Of a DNA stretch of 64,000 nucleotides, positions 59,952-64,000 are shown piece by piece. Under the pieces are notes generated by a model that saw only the letters and a program-made list of their open reading frames with translations, was not told the DNA's origin and did not search any database. Each line of letters starts with the position of its first letter. The first letter of the stretch is position 1. Both the position numbers and the translations under genes were made by a program. This DNA is from Dictyostelium discoideum (lineage: Eukaryota), in contig CM000151.3 of the NCBI GenBank assembly GCA_000004695.1, positions 8,420,198 through 8,484,197 on the forward strand. The letters are read 5' to 3'.

Positions 59952-60650
59952 GTGAATTTAATTACTGAAACAGAAATAATGAATTTCCACTTGTTGTTAC
60001 ATTATCCAATCTATATAAAAAATTGGGGTGCACCAAAATACACTTCAGCTGAAACTTTTGAAGCACAATTATCAAGAATTAAAAATTATTTAAATAATAA
60101 TACAAATAATAGGGATGAACAATATGAAAGGGTTACCAAATTAAACATGGTGAAATTTTTTAATTCAGTAGATAAATTAAAAAGTATTGAGCCTGAAAGT
60201 ACAGCATTAATTATTGGTAACAAAATAAAAAATCCAGATAATATAGATAACATAAAAATTAAATTAGATTCATTATTTCAAAATTATAAAAATATAACTT
60301 TTCACTCATCAATTAAAAATAATAAAGAAATATACAATGTTGGTGATGCAGTTGAAGTTGCATCAGATAATGAACTTTCAGGTAGATGGTCAGGTATTAT
60401 CAATTCAATATCAATGATTGAAATGGGTGATAACATAATAAAACATGCAATATTATTAAATTATTTTGACAAATATGTTGGTGACCAATTTAATAAATAC
60501 CATTTTCTTTCAAATGAATTAAATTATATTACATATGATAATATTCTAAATAATGTTATACCAATTCAAATTGATGATACCAATTACCTTATTATTTACA
60601 AGTGCCACGATAAATTCTCGGCTTCAAAAAATAAAAAATCAAAAAATTAA
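59952..60650 (+). CDS. Hypothetical protein, member A of an inverted-duplicated gene pair
   Basis: 232-aa ORF. Shares the block KEIYNVGD.VEVASDN..SGRWS.II......E...N...H.I...YFDKY.GDQFNKYHFL...I.YDNI.N..IPIQIDD.NYLIIYKCHDKFS.SK with the minus-strand ORF 62870..63373. Confidence 0.5.
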   Translation: MNLITETEIMNFHLLLHYPIYIKNWGAPKYTSAETFEAQLSRIKNYLNNNTNNRDEQYERVTKLNMVKFFNSVDKLKSIEPESTALIIGNKIKNPDNIDNIKIKLDSLFQNYKNITFHSSIKNNKEIYNVGDAVEVASDNELSGRWSGIINSISMIEMGDNIIKHAILLNYFDKYVGDQFNKYHFLSNELNYITYDNILNNVIPIQIDDTNYLIIYKCHDKFSASKNKKSKN

Positions 60651-60766
60651 AAACTTTTTTACATAATTTTTACATTGTTATGTAAATAATGATTTTTTTT
60701 TTAATTTTTTTTCATTTTCGGGCAGACTGAAAAAGCGAAAATGATTTCAATACATATTTTTTTAAA

Positions 60767-61156
60767 ATGAATTCATCTGCAAATTTTATAGCACCAAATG
60801 GTAATGTACCTGATTTTAACCAATCACCAATCCAAAGAAGAACAAACAATAATATTTCTATCGGAGATGAATCATTTAATAATTTGTCAATAGGTAATGT
60901 ATTAGGAAATGCAAATGTTCCAAACCCAATGGAAAACCAGAGAATAATAATTAGAAGAGTTCCAAGGCCAACTGTTCCACCAATCCAAGAAACAGTGCAA
61001 ATAGCCACAAACCCACGTGTAACATACATATTGGAATACGAAAGTCTTCAGAAAGTTTGTCAAAGTAAATACTATTCAGATGGCGATGTATGTTACCAGA
61101 TTAATACACAGGGGCGAAAAAAAATACTTAAAAGCATCTTTAAAGTAGGAATGTAA
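60767..61156 (+). CDS. Hypothetical protein, member B (apparently truncated copy of the minus-strand gene at 61675..62722)
   Basis: 129-aa ORF. The RRVPRPTVPPIQETVQIATNPRVTYILEYESLQKVCQSKYYSDGDVCYQINTQG block is homologous to B-prime exon 1-2, but the ORF then terminates (RKKILKSIFKVGM*). Its 3' end is DNA-similar to the 3' end of the repeat-unit ORF at 59190-59230. Confidence 0.4.
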   Translation: MNSSANFIAPNGNVPDFNQSPIQRRTNNNISIGDESFNNLSIGNVLGNANVPNPMENQRIIIRRVPRPTVPPIQETVQIATNPRVTYILEYESLQKVCQSKYYSDGDVCYQINTQGRKKILKSIFKVGM

Positions 61157-61500
61157 ATAGTACTATTATGAAGTGTACTTAATAAGTATAATTATAAAGT
61201 ATACTTTTTAAGTATACTTATTAAATATACTTATAAAGTATACTTATTAAGTATACTTATTAAATATACTTATTAAGTATACTTATTAAATACACTTATT
61301 AAGTATACTTATTAAGTATACTTATTAAGTATAATTATTAAGTATACTTATTAAGTATACTTAATAAGAATACTTATTAAGTATTATTATTAAGTATTAT
61401 TATTAAGTATACTTATTAAGCGTAATTACTAATTATAATTATAATGTACTCTTTAAAAGTACACTTATTAAGTATTCTTATTAATTATATTTATAAAATT
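61150..61500. repeat. 13-bp minisatellite (taagtatacttat)n, ~25 units with variants
   Basis: Seen directly. A short run of the same motif recurs at 59240..59310, 3' of repeat-unit ORF copy 2. Confidence 0.85.
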
Positions 61501-61674
61501 CAATTTAAAAGTGCATTTATAAATTTATATTATAAAGTTAACTTAATAATATCACTTTAAAAATAAAAATTAAAAATAAAAATTTAAAATAAAAATTAAA
61601 TAAAGATTTAAAAAAAAAAGAAAAAATTAAAGTTGAGTATGTGAAATCATATTAATTTTTTTTATTTAAACGAT

Positions 61675-61988
61675 TTAATTTAGTGGAGCATAAAGAGGTA
61701 TTGAAGTGAATTCAAAAGCAACCTTTTCAGTGTAAGTAAGTTCATCAGGAGAGTCAATGAACTTTTGAGAAACACCACGCAATGCTTTAACTATTAAAGA
61801 AATAAGAGGTTTGGAACCGCTGTACCATTCTTTTTCTTCAATTGTAAAGCATTGAGACACTAAGAACTTTACAAAAGGATCGGAGTCAAAAGCTTCTAAG
61901 GTAACTGTATCGATAATAAGAGTGGCCAAATCAAAAGGAGTTATCTAAATAATAATTAAAAAATTAAAAAAACAAATTATTAATAATT

Positions 61989-62074
<86 letters not shown>

Positions 62075-62335
62075 CCGATTCATACTCCATTAATGCTGGA
62101 ACCTGAGAGAGCAACTCGCTGAACTGTTCTACTTTATTTCTAACTAAAAGTCTAATGGTATTTAGGGCTTTAATACGTGTGTTACCACGTTTATTGTTGA
62201 CCCATTTAACCAATTTGGATAGAACAACTTTATTTTCATTTGAATTTGTACCGCCAGCATTTAATATACAGGTCCTAATAAAACGAGAGGAAATCTTATG
62301 TATTATTTTTGTTTATTTAATTTAATTAGTCTCTT

Positions 62336-62432
<97 letters not shown>

Positions 62433-62722
62433 TATCTTACCTTACCAGTTGCATAGTATTGAGAAACACAATTTCTGTGCAATGTTTCATACACCAATAT
62501 TTTTTCTACAATATTTGTTGTTGGTGGATGACTTGCATTTGGTCTTTGAGGTCTTTGTTGTCTTCTAACAGTACGTTGTGGACCTATGGAGGTATCAGTT
62601 TGATTTAAAATAAGAGATGGTATTGGTGTTATTGGTGATGTTGGTGAAGTTAAAGATGATCTATTTACATAATTACCACTTCTATTTGGTGTTTCAAATG
62701 ATGCAGAATTATTGTGAGTCAT
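61675..62722 (-). CDS. Hypothetical multi-exon gene B-prime (paralog of 60767..61156)
   Basis: Exon 1 runs 62722 down to about 62441/62446 and ends ...QYYATG with a ggtaaggtaag donor. Exon 2 is about 62076..62275 (..TCILNAGGTNSNENKVVLSKLVKWVNNKRGNTRIKALNTIRLLVRNKVEQFSELLSQVPALMEYES, donor GTTTGT). Exon 3 is 61675..61944 (ITPFDLATLIIDTVTLEAFDSDPFVKFLV...IPLYAPLN*). The exon 1/2 phase is unresolved. Introns contain long poly-T tracts. Confidence 0.4.
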
Positions 62723-62869
62723 TTTTTTTATAATATTTTTTTAATTTTTTTTTAAAATCCTATAATTTCCAACCGAAAAAAAAAGAAAATTGGAAAAAAA
62801 GAAAAAAAAAAAAAAGAAAAAGTTACGTAAAAATGTAAAAGTTATGTAAATAAGTTCAACGAATTTTTT

Positions 62870-63373
62870 TCATTTTTTTTTTTTACTTATTGAAAATTGG
62901 TCATGGCACTTATAAATTATAAGATAGTTAGACGAATCGATTTGTATTGGTATTAATGTGTTTACTATGTTATCAAATACTATACTTGAAAAGCTTTTTC
63001 TTAAAAAGTGGTACTTATTATTTTGATCACCTGTATCTTTATCAAAGTATTGTATATAAATAGAATGTGCACTTTTTTTATTTTTTAATTCTATTAAACA
63101 AATAGCAATAATTATTGCACTCCATCGTCCAGTTATTGAATTTTCTGAGGCAACTTCAATTCCATCACCAACATTATATATTTCTTTTAAATTTTTAATT
63201 GATTTATGAAATTGAATATTTTCAATGTTTTTGTAATGCAAGTTAATGTCTGATAAAATATTATTTTTTAAATAAATATTTTCATTTTTTTTAATTATTT
63301 GCCCTAAAATTAAATCATTATTGTCATCATCTTTTTCTTTTAGATTGTTAAAATTATCTAAAAATGTTGCCAT
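62870..63373 (-). CDS. Hypothetical protein A-prime (inverted paralog of 59952..60650)
   Basis: 167-aa ORF with the same conserved C-terminal block as member A (...NYLIIYKCHDQFSISKKKK). Confidence 0.5.
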   Translation of the reverse strand: MATFLDNFNNLKEKDDDNNDLILGQIIKKNENIYLKNNILSDINLHYKNIENIQFHKSIKNLKEIYNVGDGIEVASENSITGRWSAIIIAICLIELKNKKSAHSIYIQYFDKDTGDQNNKYHFLRKSFSSIVFDNIVNTLIPIQIDSSNYLIIYKCHDQFSISKKKK

Positions 63374-63374
63374 T

Positions 63375-63900
63375 AATATTTTTGTTACCTATCGATTGTC
63401 AATAGCAAGTATCGAGCTTAGAGCCCATTTTAAAAATTTAATTTTTTTTTTTTCCAAAATTTTTCCAAGTCAAAAAATTTTTCCCAAATGAGCAATTTGA
63501 CATTCCCAAATAAAAATTAAAAGTTTTTTATAATGTTACTATGGATAATATTAATGAAATTAAGTTACCTACCGATTGTCAATAGCAAGTATTGAGTGTA
63601 GAACCCATTTTAAAAATTTGAAATTTTTTTTTTTTTTGAATTTTTTCTTAGTTAAAAATTTTCCCAAATGAGCAATTTGAAATTCCCAAATAAAAATTAA
63701 AAGTTTTTTATAATGTTACTATGTATAATATTAATGAAATTAAGTTATCTATCGATTTACAATAGTAACTATAGGTTAATTAATCGATTTTAAAATTTTA
63801 ATTTTTCAAAATTTTCAATTAAATTAACAACTTTTTTAAGGTATAGTTACTCTTTAGAAAATATGTTACTATGTATAATATTAATAAAATTACATTATAT
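63375..63900. repeat. Tandem ~190-bp repeats (about 2.7 units) abutting an assembly gap
   Basis: Units begin tacctatcgattgtcaatagcaagtatcgag...ttttcccaaatgagcaatttga.attcccaaataaaaattaaaagttttttataatgttactatg.ataatattaatgaaattaagtta. The N run at 63901..64000 follows. Confidence 0.8.
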
Positions 63901-64000
63901 NNNNNNNNNNNNNNNNNNNNNNNNNNNNNNNNNNNNNNNNNNNNNNNNNNNNNNNNNNNNNNNNNNNNNNNNNNNNNNNNNNNNNNNNNNNNNNNNNNNN

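Noticed and set aside
60712-61029. Minus-strand ORF 60712..61029 overlapping ORF B
   Set aside because: Hydrophobic low-complexity antisense reading. Only the plus-strand frame has a paralogous counterpart.

Overview
This window reads as nuclear genomic DNA from a Dictyostelium-type social amoeba. It is extremely AT-rich with long homopolymer tracts, and the coding sequence carries (AAT)n and (CAA)n runs that encode poly-Asn and poly-Gln. Introns are short and AT-rich, mostly GTAAGT or GTATGT at the donor and AG at the acceptor.

I can support about 26 protein-coding genes from the six-frame ORF track plus manual splice-phase checking. Those with recognisable products are:
- a SPRING/C12orf49 homolog
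- Sec24
- an Obg-family GTPase
- ribosomal protein uL4
- a family-A (Pol theta/nu-like) DNA polymerase
- a SAC3/GANP-domain protein
- acetyl-CoA synthetase
- an SNM1/PSO2 metallo-beta-lactamase cross-link repair nuclease
- the EGLN-type Skp1 prolyl 4-hydroxylase (284 aa, likely phyA)
- ALG10
- an MFS sugar transporter
- a mitochondrial FtsZ
- parvulin-14/PIN4
- a PH+LIM protein
- RidA/YjgF
- an archaeal-type cofactor-independent phosphoglycerate mutase

There is also a tandem triplication of a small secreted Cys-rich protein.

I found no rRNA, tRNA or CRISPR features. This is a eukaryotic window and I saw no prokaryote-style defence system.

The structure least explained by ordinary genes is the last ~10 kb (53.4-63.9 kb). 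It holds two tandem and one inverted partial copy of a transposon-like or multicopy unit carrying a degenerate ~350-aa ORF, with complex 5' tandem repeats. Next to it is an inverted duplication of a two-gene module, a 13-bp minisatellite, and ~190-bp tandem repeats that run into an assembly gap (N run 63901-64000). A small mosaic of gene fragments copied from the polymerase and acetyl-CoA synthetase genes also sits at 40.98-41.19 kb.

Exon boundaries below come from manual codon-phase checking. Product calls rest on motif recognition from memory, not on database searches.
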